Part shown: piece by piece, positions 49,084 to 58,613 of the stretch | Position numbering within the stretch: the first letter of the stretch is position 1 | Layout of the letters: each line of letters begins with the position of its first letter | NCBI GenBank assembly: GCA_965662775.1 | Contig: CBFIIW010000015.1 | Location: forward strand, 6,946 to 70,945 | Reading direction: 5' to 3' | Source: Alphaproteobacteria bacterium | Lineage (GTDB): Bacteria; Pseudomonadota; Alphaproteobacteria; UBA7985 | DNA length: 64,000 nucleotides | Position numbers and translations under genes: made by a program | The notes under the pieces: model-generated | The model's database searches: none | Told to the model about the DNA's origin: nothing | What the model saw: the letters and a program-made list of their open reading frames with translations, nothing else

Positions 49084-49889
49084 CTGCCCACTACCTTGGT
49101 ATTCACCCTGCTGCGGTTATCGAAGACGGCGCTCAGCTGGGGCATGACGTGAACATCGGTCCATTCTGCCATGTTGGGCCGGGTGTGGTGCTGGGCGACG
49201 GCTGCAGCCTGCATTCTCACGTGGTGATTCAGGGGGAAACCAGCCTTGGCGAAGGCACAGAGGTCTATCCCTTCGCCTCTCTGGGGCTGGCTCCGCAAGA
49301 CAAGAAATATGCTGGTGAGCGCACCATGCTGGTGATTGGTGAGCGGAACGTAATCCGTGAATACGTCACCATGCAGCCCGGTACCCAAGGCGGCGGCGGC
49401 GTCACGCGGGTGGGGGATCGGGGCCTTTTCATGGTGGGGTGTCACGTCGCCCACGACTGTCAAATTGGCGATGATGTGATTTTGGTCAATCATGTCAGTC
49501 TCGGCGGGCACGTAGAGGTGGAGGATGCGGCGATCATCGGGGGGCTCAGTGGCGTCCATCAGTTCTGCCGAATTGGCCGGCACGCGATGGTCGGGGCGCA
49601 CTCGATGATTGTGCGCGATGTCCTGCCTTACACCACAGTCACCGGACAAAGGGCGCACTTTGCTGGCCTGAACCTTGTTGGCCTCAAACGGCATGGCTTT
49701 GACAATGAAGTCCGGCGACAGTTGCAAGACATTATCGACACCCTGTTTTCCGAGCCGGGAATCATGGAACAGCGGCTCGATGAATTCCAACGTATACCCG
49801 GAGTGGGGGAAGCAGGCCCTGCAAAGAACCTGCTCACTTTCCTGAAACGGGCTAGCAAGGGCCGCGGCTTTACCGGGCCGCTCGAATAA
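49080..49889 (+). CDS. lpxA: Acyl-ACP--UDP-N-acetylglucosamine O-acyltransferase LpxA
   Basis: IHPAAVIEDGAQLG.. hexapeptide repeats and a helical C-terminal domain. The GTG overlaps the fabZ stop. Confidence 0.93.
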   Translation: MTAHYLGIHPAAVIEDGAQLGHDVNIGPFCHVGPGVVLGDGCSLHSHVVIQGETSLGEGTEVYPFASLGLAPQDKKYAGERTMLVIGERNVIREYVTMQPGTQGGGGVTRVGDRGLFMVGCHVAHDCQIGDDVILVNHVSLGGHVEVEDAAIIGGLSGVHQFCRIGRHAMVGAHSMIVRDVLPYTTVTGQRAHFAGLNLVGLKRHGFDNEVRRQLQDIIDTLFSEPGIMEQRLDEFQRIPGVGEAGPAKNLLTFLKRASKGRGFTGPLE

Positions 49890-49892
49890 TCA

Positions 49893-50678
49893 ATGCGGTT
49901 GGGGCTCATCGCAGGGGGTGGTGGATTGCCGGACGAGGTCCTCGCCCACTCTGGCCGTGACATCCATCAATGTTTCAGGGTCGGCGCCGGATGTGAATTT
50001 TCACTCGGCGCAGTGGCCGCACTGGTTGCAGCGGCGCAGGCAGCAGGCTGCGACGCCTTGTGTCTGGTCGGATCAGTTGATCGTCGCGACTTTACCGCGT
50101 TGGATCTAGGCGGTCGTTGGGTTGCGGAAAGGGCCCGCACGCGGTCGGCCGCGACGGGCACAGCAGGGGACGGGAGCCTGCTGGACGCGCTTGTTGCATA
50201 CTTCGAGGACCATGGACTGCGGGTTGTTGGGGTCGACGACATATGCCCGGACCTGCTGACCCCGGCCGGGGTGTTGATCGGCGACAGTTCCCAAGTCTCG
50301 ACCGCGCAGCAGAGACAGGGGCTCGCCAAGGCCCGAGCGCTGGGCCTGACTGACCGGGGACAGGCGGTTATCGCCTGCGGCTTGCCGACCTCCGATTGCC
50401 AATGGCTGGAAGAAGGCGAGGACGGCACGGACGCGCTGATTGATCGGGCTGGCGCCTCGACGCTGCAAACACCCAAAATCCTATTCAAGGCTCTCAAGCC
50501 TCAGCAGGACCGGCGGATAGACCTGCCCGCTTGGGGGCCAGAGACCGTCCACCGCGCTGTAGCGGCGGGTCTGGATGCGCTGGTGTTCGAGGCTGGTGCG
50601 TCATTGGCTGTTGACCGGCAGCGCGCGCTAAAGCTGGCCCAGCGACACGGGCTCACCGTGATTGGAGGCGCAGTATGA
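49893..50678 (+). CDS. lpxI: UDP-2,3-diacylglucosamine diphosphatase LpxI (DUF1009)
   Basis: MRLGLIAGGGGLP.. and EGEDGTDALIDRAG motifs, at the position between lpxA and lpxB. Confidence 0.82.
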   Translation: MRLGLIAGGGGLPDEVLAHSGRDIHQCFRVGAGCEFSLGAVAALVAAAQAAGCDALCLVGSVDRRDFTALDLGGRWVAERARTRSAATGTAGDGSLLDALVAYFEDHGLRVVGVDDICPDLLTPAGVLIGDSSQVSTAQQRQGLAKARALGLTDRGQAVIACGLPTSDCQWLEEGEDGTDALIDRAGASTLQTPKILFKALKPQQDRRIDLPAWGPETVHRAVAAGLDALVFEAGASLAVDRQRALKLAQRHGLTVIGGAV

Positions 50679-51796
50679 AGCTTGCCGTTCTCACCGGAGA
50701 GCCATCTGGGGACCTGCTCGCCGAAGCCGCTGTTAAGGCGCTTCGAGGGCGGCATCCAGAGCTTGAGCTCATAGGGCTGGGCGGTGAAGGTCTCGCACGC
50801 GCGGGGCTGAGAAGTCGATATCCGCTTGCCGGGTTTGCGGTTAACGGTCTTGTGGAGGCGTTGCCGCACGTTCCTCGGCTGCTCATGCGGATTGAGCAGC
50901 TCACGCGCTGGCTGCTGCGGGAGCAGCCGGACGTTGTGCTCACTGTCGATGCCCCTGATCTAACCCTGCGGATTGCTCGGGCGCTGCGCCGTCGGGGCTA
51001 TGAGGGCAAGCTCGTCCATCTGGTCGCGCCGACGGTTTGGGCCTGGCGGCCGGAACGGGCAACCGCCATCGCAGATTATTTGGATCAGCTGCTGTGCCTG
51101 TTTCCCTTTGAACCTGCGCTGTTTGAGGCGCATGGCCTGCCAAGCCACTTCGTAGGGCATCCTGCTCTTGACCGGCCTTTGCCAGCAGCTGCCCGGCAGG
51201 CGGATACGCTTATGTTGCTGCCTGGGAGCCGAATGAGTGAGGTTCGAGCGCTGACTCCCTTGTTTCGCGACACAGTCCGTCGGCTTCGCAGTGAACATCC
51301 CGCCTTGCAGTGCCTGGTGCCGACAGTGGAAACCACTCGAAGCTTTGTCACCCGCCGGATGGCTGATTGGCCGACGCCGATCGAATTCTTGTTCCGCCCT
51401 GAAGACAAGGCCGATGCTTTCGCCCGTGCAACGGTCGCCCTCGCAGCCTCGGGTACGGTAGCGCTAGAGCTGGCGAAGGCCGGGGTCGCGGGTGTCATAA
51501 CCTACCGCCTTTCACCGGCAACGTTCAGGGCGCTTCAACGCCAGTCTTCCCTGCATCACTTCAGTCTGATCAACATTCTCGCTGATGCTGAAATCATGCC
51601 CGAACGGCTGCAGCAAGATGCCACGCCGGATCGGTTAGCCACAGAGGTTGGCCGGCTTCTGAGGGATCAGACGGCCCGCGCGCAGCAACTGGCAGCTCAG
51701 CACCATGCGCTATCATCCTTAGCCTTGCCATCAGGAACGACCACGGCCAATCTCATCGCTGATCATGTGGATTCCCTGCTCGGACGATCAAAATGA
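50675..51796 (+). CDS. lpxB: Lipid-A-disaccharide synthase
   Basis: MKLAVLTGEPSGDLL.., VDAPDLTLRIA, ASGTVALELA. Confidence 0.93.
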   Translation: MKLAVLTGEPSGDLLAEAAVKALRGRHPELELIGLGGEGLARAGLRSRYPLAGFAVNGLVEALPHVPRLLMRIEQLTRWLLREQPDVVLTVDAPDLTLRIARALRRRGYEGKLVHLVAPTVWAWRPERATAIADYLDQLLCLFPFEPALFEAHGLPSHFVGHPALDRPLPAAARQADTLMLLPGSRMSEVRALTPLFRDTVRRLRSEHPALQCLVPTVETTRSFVTRRMADWPTPIEFLFRPEDKADAFARATVALAASGTVALELAKAGVAGVITYRLSPATFRALQRQSSLHHFSLINILADAEIMPERLQQDATPDRLATEVGRLLRDQTARAQQLAAQHHALSSLALPSGTTTANLIADHVDSLLGRSK

Positions 51797-52827
51797 GTAA
51801 GAATACGCTGCCCGAAGCCGATACTCCGCGCGCTGCTTCCACTATGGCTTTTGACCCGTGTTTTTCGCCTCGTGCGCCCTGGTTCGGTGGTGATCTGCAG
51901 ACCATGGCATCGGTTCTATCTCCCCCTCGGGTCAGTCTGGATGATCTGGATGTTGAAGCCCTGCGACTGCCGACGCTAGACGGCTCTGGCGACATCCTCA
52001 CCGGGGAGCGCCTGACGCTGCCTGGGACGGCAGATAGCGCGGGTCTTGCGCGGCCTACGGTGGTTCTTTTACACGGTATGATGGGGGATCTCGACCGCGG
52101 ATATATGCGGGTGCTGACCCACACCTTTGCCCGTCTGGGCCATGCGGTCGTGCGCATGAACCTGCGCGGCGCCGGGTCGTCTCGGCCGTTGTGTCGCCGC
52201 AACTACCACGCTGGATTTACCACGGATCTGCATGCCATGGCCGCCGCCCTGTCCGCGCGCTCGGATACCGGCAAGCTGGCGTGGATTGGTATTTCGCTGA
52301 GCGGGAATATGTTGCTCAAGGCGGCGAGTGAAACCGACTTTGTTGACGCGGCGGATCATCACCGGATCGTTTCTGTGTCAGCGCCGATTGACCTCATAGC
52401 GACTTCAGAGCGGTTCTCGCGTAAGCGGAACTTCATCTATAAGGCCTATCTGGTGCGAAAAATCCGGCGTCTTGGTCCTCTACAACCCGGCAGAACCCCT
52501 ACCGAAATAGCACAACTGCGACGAATCCGGTCCGTAGGCGAATTGGACGAGTGTTTTACCGCGCCTGACAACGGTTACGCATCAGCAAGCGAATACTACC
52601 AACTCAATTCGGCCAAAGAATTCATACCCGATGCTCGGCTGCCTTGCCTGGTGATTTCTTCAGCCGATGACCCGTGGATCGACATTGGACCCTATCAGGC
52701 GATCAAGTGGCATCTGAACCCTTTGCTGACACCAGTTCTAACACGAACAGGTGGGCACGTGGGGTTCCACGGCCGAGGGTATCGTGATCCGATGTATGTC
52801 GGTTGGTCGCGCGCCTTTCTGGACTAG
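51793..52827 (+). CDS. Alpha/beta-fold hydrolase (YheT/COG0429-like)
   Basis: WFGGDLQTM.., VVLLHGMMGD, NLRGAGSS..YHAGFTTD and the nucleophile elbow GISLSGN. The ATG overlaps the lpxB stop (ATGA). Confidence 0.75.
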   Translation: MSKNTLPEADTPRAASTMAFDPCFSPRAPWFGGDLQTMASVLSPPRVSLDDLDVEALRLPTLDGSGDILTGERLTLPGTADSAGLARPTVVLLHGMMGDLDRGYMRVLTHTFARLGHAVVRMNLRGAGSSRPLCRRNYHAGFTTDLHAMAAALSARSDTGKLAWIGISLSGNMLLKAASETDFVDAADHHRIVSVSAPIDLIATSERFSRKRNFIYKAYLVRKIRRLGPLQPGRTPTEIAQLRRIRSVGELDECFTAPDNGYASASEYYQLNSAKEFIPDARLPCLVISSADDPWIDIGPYQAIKWHLNPLLTPVLTRTGGHVGFHGRGYRDPMYVGWSRAFLD

Positions 52828-54101
52828 TTTTCCTCGTCACTTTCGGGATCACTGTCTTGTCGACTGGTAATGCTACTGCTTCCGCCGTCAAACTCTGCCA
52901 CGCTGACCCCGAGCAGGCGGTAGGTCTGCAGCGGCTGGCGCTTCACCTCTTGAGTGAGCAGCCGCTGGGCAACTGAAAACAGCATTCTGGCGTCAGCCGT
53001 TGGTCCGTCGAGGGTTTGGCTGCGGGTGAGGACTTCGAAGTCGGATGTTTTGAGCTTAAGCGTCACCCGGCGACCCGCCAGGGCGTGGCGCTCCATCCGA
53101 TCTGCTACCCGATAGGAGAGCCGCTCCACCACGCGGGTGAGAGCAGCCAGTGCTCCGGTATCGACAGCGAGTGTGGTTTCGGAGCTGACTGACTTGGAGG
53201 CCCGACCTTCCCGTACACGCCGGGGATCTTCGCCGCGGCAGAAGTCATAGAGTCGATCGCCAAAGCGTCCGAAAAGCCGGGTCATATCTTCACGAGGGAA
53301 GGCGCGCAATTGTCCAATGCGGGATATACCGAGGTCGTGCATCCGCCGTGCTGTTGCCGGCCCCACGCCCCAGATCAGCTTGACAGGCTTGTCTCGAAGG
53401 AAATCAGCTGCCTCGCTTCGCCCCAATACTGCGAAGCCATCGGGCTTGTCGAGGTCTGAGGCGATTTTGGCGAGCAGCTTGTTGTGCGACAGGCCAATGG
53501 AAAGGGTGATGCCTTCCTGATCCTGAACATTCTGCGCAAGTCGAGCCAGTTCCAGTGCCGGGATTCGCCCACGTTTCAGGGTGCTGCTGAGATCCAGAAA
53601 CGCCTCGTCGATAGAAAGCGGTTCGACATCGCTCGTCAGGGCGCGAAAGTGTTCGCGCACCGCCATCCCAGTTTCGCGGTACTTCGCCATATCTGGCTTG
53701 ATGATCACGGCCTGCGGGCAAAGCTGTCGAGCTTTGAACATCGGCATGGCTGACCGTACCCCTTGTATCCGCGCAAGGTAGCACGCCGTTGTCACCACGC
53801 CACGCTGTCCGCCTCCCACGATCACCGGTTGGTGGCGGATCGACGGATCGTCTCGCTTCTCTACGGCGGCATAGAAGGCGTCACAGTCGATATGGGCAAG
53901 GCTAAGGGAGGTCAGTTCCGGATGGCGCACAACGCGCGCGCTGCTACACGCGCCGCAACGCGCGTCACTGCCTCCCGGGGGGGCAAGTGTCAGGCAACTG
54001 CGGCACAGACGCTGATCAGGTTGGCCGTGATCTTGAATTTGCGGGTCAGGGCTGGGGTTCAGGGCTTTGGTCTCTCCAGTGCGGCATACGACTCTACCCA
54101 T
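52824..54101 (-). CDS. dinB: DNA polymerase IV (Y-family) with an N-terminal Cys4 extension
   Basis: IAHIDCDAFYAAVEKRDDP, SIDEAFLD and the upstream CRSC..CGAC element. The exact start is uncertain. Confidence 0.9.
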   Translation of the reverse strand: MGRVVCRTGETKALNPSPDPQIQDHGQPDQRLCRSCLTLAPPGGSDARCGACSSARVVRHPELTSLSLAHIDCDAFYAAVEKRDDPSIRHQPVIVGGGQRGVVTTACYLARIQGVRSAMPMFKARQLCPQAVIIKPDMAKYRETGMAVREHFRALTSDVEPLSIDEAFLDLSSTLKRGRIPALELARLAQNVQDQEGITLSIGLSHNKLLAKIASDLDKPDGFAVLGRSEAADFLRDKPVKLIWGVGPATARRMHDLGISRIGQLRAFPREDMTRLFGRFGDRLYDFCRGEDPRRVREGRASKSVSSETTLAVDTGALAALTRVVERLSYRVADRMERHALAGRRVTLKLKTSDFEVLTRSQTLDGPTADARMLFSVAQRLLTQEVKRQPLQTYRLLGVSVAEFDGGSSSITSRQDSDPESDEEN

Positions 54102-54116
54102 TTTGCAGTGATGCGG

Positions 54117-54154
54117 AAAAAGAAAAGGGGCGGTAAGCCTATCGGCACCGCCCC
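54117..54154 (-). terminator. Rho-independent terminator after rpmG
   Basis: On the minus strand: GGGGCGGT, a 12-nt loop, ACCGCCCC, then TTTTCTTTTT. Confidence 0.8.
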
Positions 54155-54183
54155 GTTTCGGTCTTGTATAAGTGGCCGCAGGC

Positions 54184-54351
54184 TCACTTCATCTTCGATT
54201 CCTTGAAGACAACGTGCTTGCGGGCAACAGGATCGTATTTCCGCATTTCCAGCTTCTCAGTGGACGTGCGGGTGTTCTTCTTCTTGACGTAGAAGTAACC
54301 GGTATCGGCGGTGCTAACCATCTTGATGAGCACGCCAGCGGGTTTAGCCAT
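54184..54351 (-). CDS. rpmG: 50S ribosomal protein L33
   Basis: Hand translation gives [55 protein letters not shown] (55 aa, below the ORF-track cutoff). The SD AAGGAG lies upstream. Confidence 0.93.
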   Translation of the reverse strand: MAKPAGVLIKMVSTADTGYFYVKKKNTRTSTEKLEMRKYDPVARKHVVFKESKMK

Positions 54352-54420
54352 GGCCCGGAGCTCCTTGTTTTAACAAATTGGAGCGCACCCTAAACGCCGG
54401 TGGCGTCGAGTCAAGCGCGT

Positions 54421-56073
54421 CTAGCGCAGGGATGACAGGCTTGCGCTGGCTGAAAGGATGCGGTGGTAGGCTTCGACGTTCTCCGCCAGCGCTAGCGCCA
54501 GATCGGAATCGTCTTCGCTGTAGCGCTCCGTCGGGGGACAGACCCTGCGGTAGGCATCCATCGCACCCCCACTGTTAGAAAGCAACGCGCGCGCGCGCAG
54601 GGCTGCGATATCCGGGTCGCCGCCGCTGAAATCGTCAATGACTTTGCCCGTCTGCCGGTCGGTGAAGCAGATGTTCGGGGTTACGCCAGTTTTGTTCAGC
54701 GGCGCGCCCGAAGGCGCGAAGAAGGCTCCGGAGGTGACGGTCATCAACGCGCCGTTTGGTAGGTCAAAACTAGTCTGGATTGATCCTTTGCCAAAGGACG
54801 TTGAACCGACAACGATGCCACGCCCGTTATCCTGAATGGCGGAGGCAAGGATTTCCGATGCGCTGGCCGAATTGCCGTTGATCAGCACAAGTAGTGGCGC
54901 GCCGAGCAGCACGTCGTTAGGGGCCGCGTTGACCGTCGATTTATTGTCAACGTCTCGGCCGGCCGATACCAGAATCGGTCCTTCCCCGACAACCAGGTCA
55001 GCAATTTCTTGTGCAACAGTCTTTAGACCGCCAGGATTTTCTCGCAAATCCAGAAGCCAACTGGTCGGGTGTTCATCTCGCAGGGTCCGGACCACGTCCA
55101 TGAATTCGGCCGTAGATTGTTCGGAAAATACAGCCATCTGGAGCACTGCTACGTCGCCGACCATCTCCCCACGAAGCGAGGGCAGGGCGACGATTTCGCG
55201 GGTCACAGCCCGTCGCAGGGTCTGCCCTTCGCGCTGGACCATGACTCGGGCGACTGATCCCACAGGTCCGCGTAGCAAGCCGAGAACGAAGTCTTCACTC
55301 AGCCGACCGGTGATGCGCCGTCCGCCCACGTGGGTAATCAGATCGCCCTCCAGCAATCCAGCGCGGTCGGCAGGCCCGTCAAGGATTACCTCGCGCACGC
55401 GGATGCCATTTTCCTCATAGGCGATCAGAATGCCAAGGCCGCCAAAGCCGAAGACATCATCGCGGAACATTTCTGCTTCGGCTGCGGGCAAGTATACCGA
55501 CACGCCGTCGAGAAGGCTCATGTAACCTTCGAAAATGAAGCTCTCGCGCTGGGTCTGGGGAATCCGTTGGATTCGCTCGCTTTCAGTCAGCATGTGCAAG
55601 GCGATGAAGGCTGAGTGCAGGCCCCATTCAAGGTAGTATTCGCCCAATGGTTCCTCGAATGTCGCCCGGCCCCCGGGCCCCTCAACGATGGTCTCGCCGG
55701 CTGTCGAGCTCAGGCGGAAGTTGGCCTGACCGCCCAGGTTTTTCAGACCGGCCATGGCTATGTCTCGCGGGTGGTATGCTTCAACGTAAAGCTCTTGAAT
55801 GGCGCCAATGCCCACACCGTAGAGAAAGGCCTCATCTGCGTCCGGTACTGGCTTCGAGCTTTCGCCGGGCGCAGGAAGGGCCTCTTCCAACGCGGCCCGG
55901 AGTTCGGCCGGCATGCTGATGCCGGCACCCGACTGCGCCTGCGACTTAACTTGTGCCTCGGCAAAGCGCGCAGAGACAAGCTGCGAGTCGCACCCGGTAA
56001 AGGCGAGCACTATGGCGGCAAGAAAGGTCAGCGACGGAGCGCGGAGGTCAAACCGAAATCGGTTCGCGGGCAT
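54421..56073 (-). CDS. S41 family C-terminal processing peptidase, probable lipoprotein
   Basis: The ATG at 56073 is preceded by AAGGA. It has a lipobox FTGC, a PDZ region (GLLEGDLITHVGG) and the catalytic motif NGNSASASEILA. Confidence 0.85.
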   Translation of the reverse strand: MPANRFRFDLRAPSLTFLAAIVLAFTGCDSQLVSARFAEAQVKSQAQSGAGISMPAELRAALEEALPAPGESSKPVPDADEAFLYGVGIGAIQELYVEAYHPRDIAMAGLKNLGGQANFRLSSTAGETIVEGPGGRATFEEPLGEYYLEWGLHSAFIALHMLTESERIQRIPQTQRESFIFEGYMSLLDGVSVYLPAAEAEMFRDDVFGFGGLGILIAYEENGIRVREVILDGPADRAGLLEGDLITHVGGRRITGRLSEDFVLGLLRGPVGSVARVMVQREGQTLRRAVTREIVALPSLRGEMVGDVAVLQMAVFSEQSTAEFMDVVRTLRDEHPTSWLLDLRENPGGLKTVAQEIADLVVGEGPILVSAGRDVDNKSTVNAAPNDVLLGAPLLVLINGNSASASEILASAIQDNGRGIVVGSTSFGKGSIQTSFDLPNGALMTVTSGAFFAPSGAPLNKTGVTPNICFTDRQTGKVIDDFSGGDPDIAALRARALLSNSGGAMDAYRRVCPPTERYSEDDSDLALALAENVEAYHRILSASASLSSLR

Positions 56074-56193
56074 GAACAAATCCTTAAATAAATGCTGTGG
56101 GACATTAGCAAGTGGAGTCGCTTTTGCCACAAAGTCAGAGTCTTATGCGCACCAAAAGAACCAGCGTTTGCGACGGAATTGAGGCATGTTCGC

Positions 56194-58515
56194 TCACCCG
56201 CGCCTGTCCGGTCGATTGCGTTTAGCCTTCTTTCTGGTCGATTTTGCGGCGGTGCTACCCCTTCTGCTGCGCACGCTCTGGTCTGCGCTTGTCCCTGCGC
56301 CCGACTGAGACCGACGGCCCTTAACCTCTATGGATCGAAGGCTGTCAAATGATGACGATTCGATTTCCCCGACAACTTCACCGACCAATGAACCGGTCAG
56401 GCCGTCAGCCTCAACCAAGCGCAAGCTTAGGTGCTGCCCCATTGAGAATACACGGCCCCAGCGGCGGCCCTCCAACCGGGCCAGGCTGGCGTCGAAATCA
56501 TAGCGATCATCGGGCAGTAGCCCCATGGGAACCAACGCGTGCGCACCCGAAGAGTCGAGCGCGGCAAACAGTCCGAATTTCGTGACGCTGCTGACGCGTG
56601 CTTCGAATACCTGTCCGATGTGACCCGCGTGGAAGGCGGCGAGGTAACGGTCCTTGGCGCTGCGCTCGGCATAGGCCGCGCGGCGTTCACACTCGGAAAT
56701 CTGCTCCCCCAGCGGGATCGGTGCATCGGTCACACCTAGGGCCTGTCCACCGCCGCCCAGGCCAAAGGCTTCAATTAGGGCGCGGTGAACCGTCAAATCA
56801 GCGTAGCGCCGGATCGGGCTTGTAAAGTGGGCGTAGCTGGTCAGCCCCAGTCCGAAGTGGCCGATATTCCGGGGAGCGTAGACCGCTTGTGCCTGGCTGC
56901 GCAGAACCGCTTCGTTGATCATCGGTGCGTAGTCTTCGCCCTCAACCTGCTTGAGGATGCCGTTGAGTTGACCAGCGGTCAGGCGAACCCCGCGGGCCAG
57001 GCTGATTGGCGTGCCTTCAAGTAGATTGGCAAGATGTTCGAGTTTCACCGGGTCGGGATGATCGTGAACCCGGTACATTAGCGCGTGTTCGACTGACTCT
57101 AACGCTCCCGCTGCGGCAACGTTAGCGAGAATCATCAGTTCTTCGATGATGTGATGAGAGATCAGCCGCTCACGAGGACGGATGTCGACAACCTCGCGTT
57201 TGTCTTCGGAGAGCTGAATTACACGTTCAGGCACGTCAAGGTCTAGCGCGCCACGCTGCATCCGCGCGACCTGTAGAATTTCGAAGGCTTCACGCAAAGG
57301 ATGGAGAACGGGCTCGACCAGTGGGGCAACGACTTCATCTGGCTGGCCGTTCAACGCTGCCTCAACCTGTTCATAGGTGAGCCGGGCAGCCGATCGCATG
57401 ATGCCGCGCCGGAAACGTTGGTGGGTCAGGCGGCCTAGCCCGTCAATTCTGAGGTCCGCCACCAGGCAACCACGGTCCTCATGTGGGACAAGACTGCACC
57501 AACCGTTTGATAAGGCCTCGGGCAACATGGGCAACACTCGGTCGGGGAAATAGCAGGAGTTGCCTCGAAGCCTTGCTTCGCGGTCCAGAGCCGAGTCCGG
57601 GTTGACGTAGTGGGCGACATCGGCGATCGCGACTAGAATGCGGAAACCCCCGCTGTTGTCATCGAGGCGCTCGGCCCAGACTGCATCGTCAAAATCCCGG
57701 GCATCGGCCCCGTCAATGGTCACCAACGGGATTTCGCGAAAATCATCGCGGCCTTCGTCGGGTATCGGTCCCGCGGCTGCCGCTTCGTTGATCGCGGCTT
57801 CGGGGAAGTGGAGCCGAAGCTGGTGTTCAGCAGCCGAAATCAGGGATATGGCACCGACATCGTCCTGTTGACCCAGCACTTCCAGAATGTGAGCGCGTGG
57901 CAGATCGAGCCGACCGGTGCCCATGATTTCAGCGCGAACAAGCGTCCCCGGTTGCACAGTGTCGCGGTCTTCCTGCCGGATCGCAAAGTCGTTTTTGATT
58001 CGCTTATCGGTAGGGCGAAGAGTGCCGTCACTCTCGACCACGCCAACAATGATGTCCAGCCTGGGGCGGGGCAGCGTCTTGAATGGCCGTGCCAAGTAGC
58101 TGCCCTCTTCTCCCCGTTCGATCCGGGCGAGCACGCGATCGCCTGGCGCCGGAGCCGATTCAAGAGTTCCCTTAGCGAGGAAAATCCGCGGAGGAGCACC
58201 GCGGAAGTCGCGCTCAAGAGGAAGGCATGCAACGTCGCCATCATCATCAGGCGCGAGAATTTCCAGTGGCAGCACACCGGGCAGCGCTTTGTGATCCCAG
58301 CGCTTCTTCGGTGTTTCAGCATCGACCAGACCATCGCGCTCAAGCTGCTTGAGTAACGTCTTCAGCCAGACGCGTGCTCCGCCTTTGATATTAAAGTGCT
58401 TGGCGATGGCGCGCTTGTTTGCTTGCCCCGGGTTCCGCTGGATGAAATCGAGGATGGATTGTCGGTCAAGGTTGCCGGTATCTGCGCCTGCAGCGCCACG
58501 CTTTGATTTTGCCAT
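56194..58515 (-). CDS. rnr: Ribonuclease R
   Basis: RNB domain motifs (IDGADARDFDDAV, HFGLGLTSYAHFTSPIRRYADL), an S1 domain and a basic C-terminal tail. Confidence 0.94.
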   Translation of the reverse strand: MAKSKRGAAGADTGNLDRQSILDFIQRNPGQANKRAIAKHFNIKGGARVWLKTLLKQLERDGLVDAETPKKRWDHKALPGVLPLEILAPDDDGDVACLPLERDFRGAPPRIFLAKGTLESAPAPGDRVLARIERGEEGSYLARPFKTLPRPRLDIIVGVVESDGTLRPTDKRIKNDFAIRQEDRDTVQPGTLVRAEIMGTGRLDLPRAHILEVLGQQDDVGAISLISAAEHQLRLHFPEAAINEAAAAGPIPDEGRDDFREIPLVTIDGADARDFDDAVWAERLDDNSGGFRILVAIADVAHYVNPDSALDREARLRGNSCYFPDRVLPMLPEALSNGWCSLVPHEDRGCLVADLRIDGLGRLTHQRFRRGIMRSAARLTYEQVEAALNGQPDEVVAPLVEPVLHPLREAFEILQVARMQRGALDLDVPERVIQLSEDKREVVDIRPRERLISHHIIEELMILANVAAAGALESVEHALMYRVHDHPDPVKLEHLANLLEGTPISLARGVRLTAGQLNGILKQVEGEDYAPMINEAVLRSQAQAVYAPRNIGHFGLGLTSYAHFTSPIRRYADLTVHRALIEAFGLGGGGQALGVTDAPIPLGEQISECERRAAYAERSAKDRYLAAFHAGHIGQVFEARVSSVTKFGLFAALDSSGAHALVPMGLLPDDRYDFDASLARLEGRRWGRVFSMGQHLSLRLVEADGLTGSLVGEVVGEIESSSFDSLRSIEVKGRRSQSGAGTSADQSVRSRRGSTAAKSTRKKAKRNRPDRRG

Positions 58516-58613
58516 AAGGGGGCAGGGTGCACCTGAAAGAGGAAGAAAAGCCCGAAACAGGTTTGGCCCCGAACCGAGACATTCCGTCTATATCGGGTCG
58601 CATAATCCTGTAG

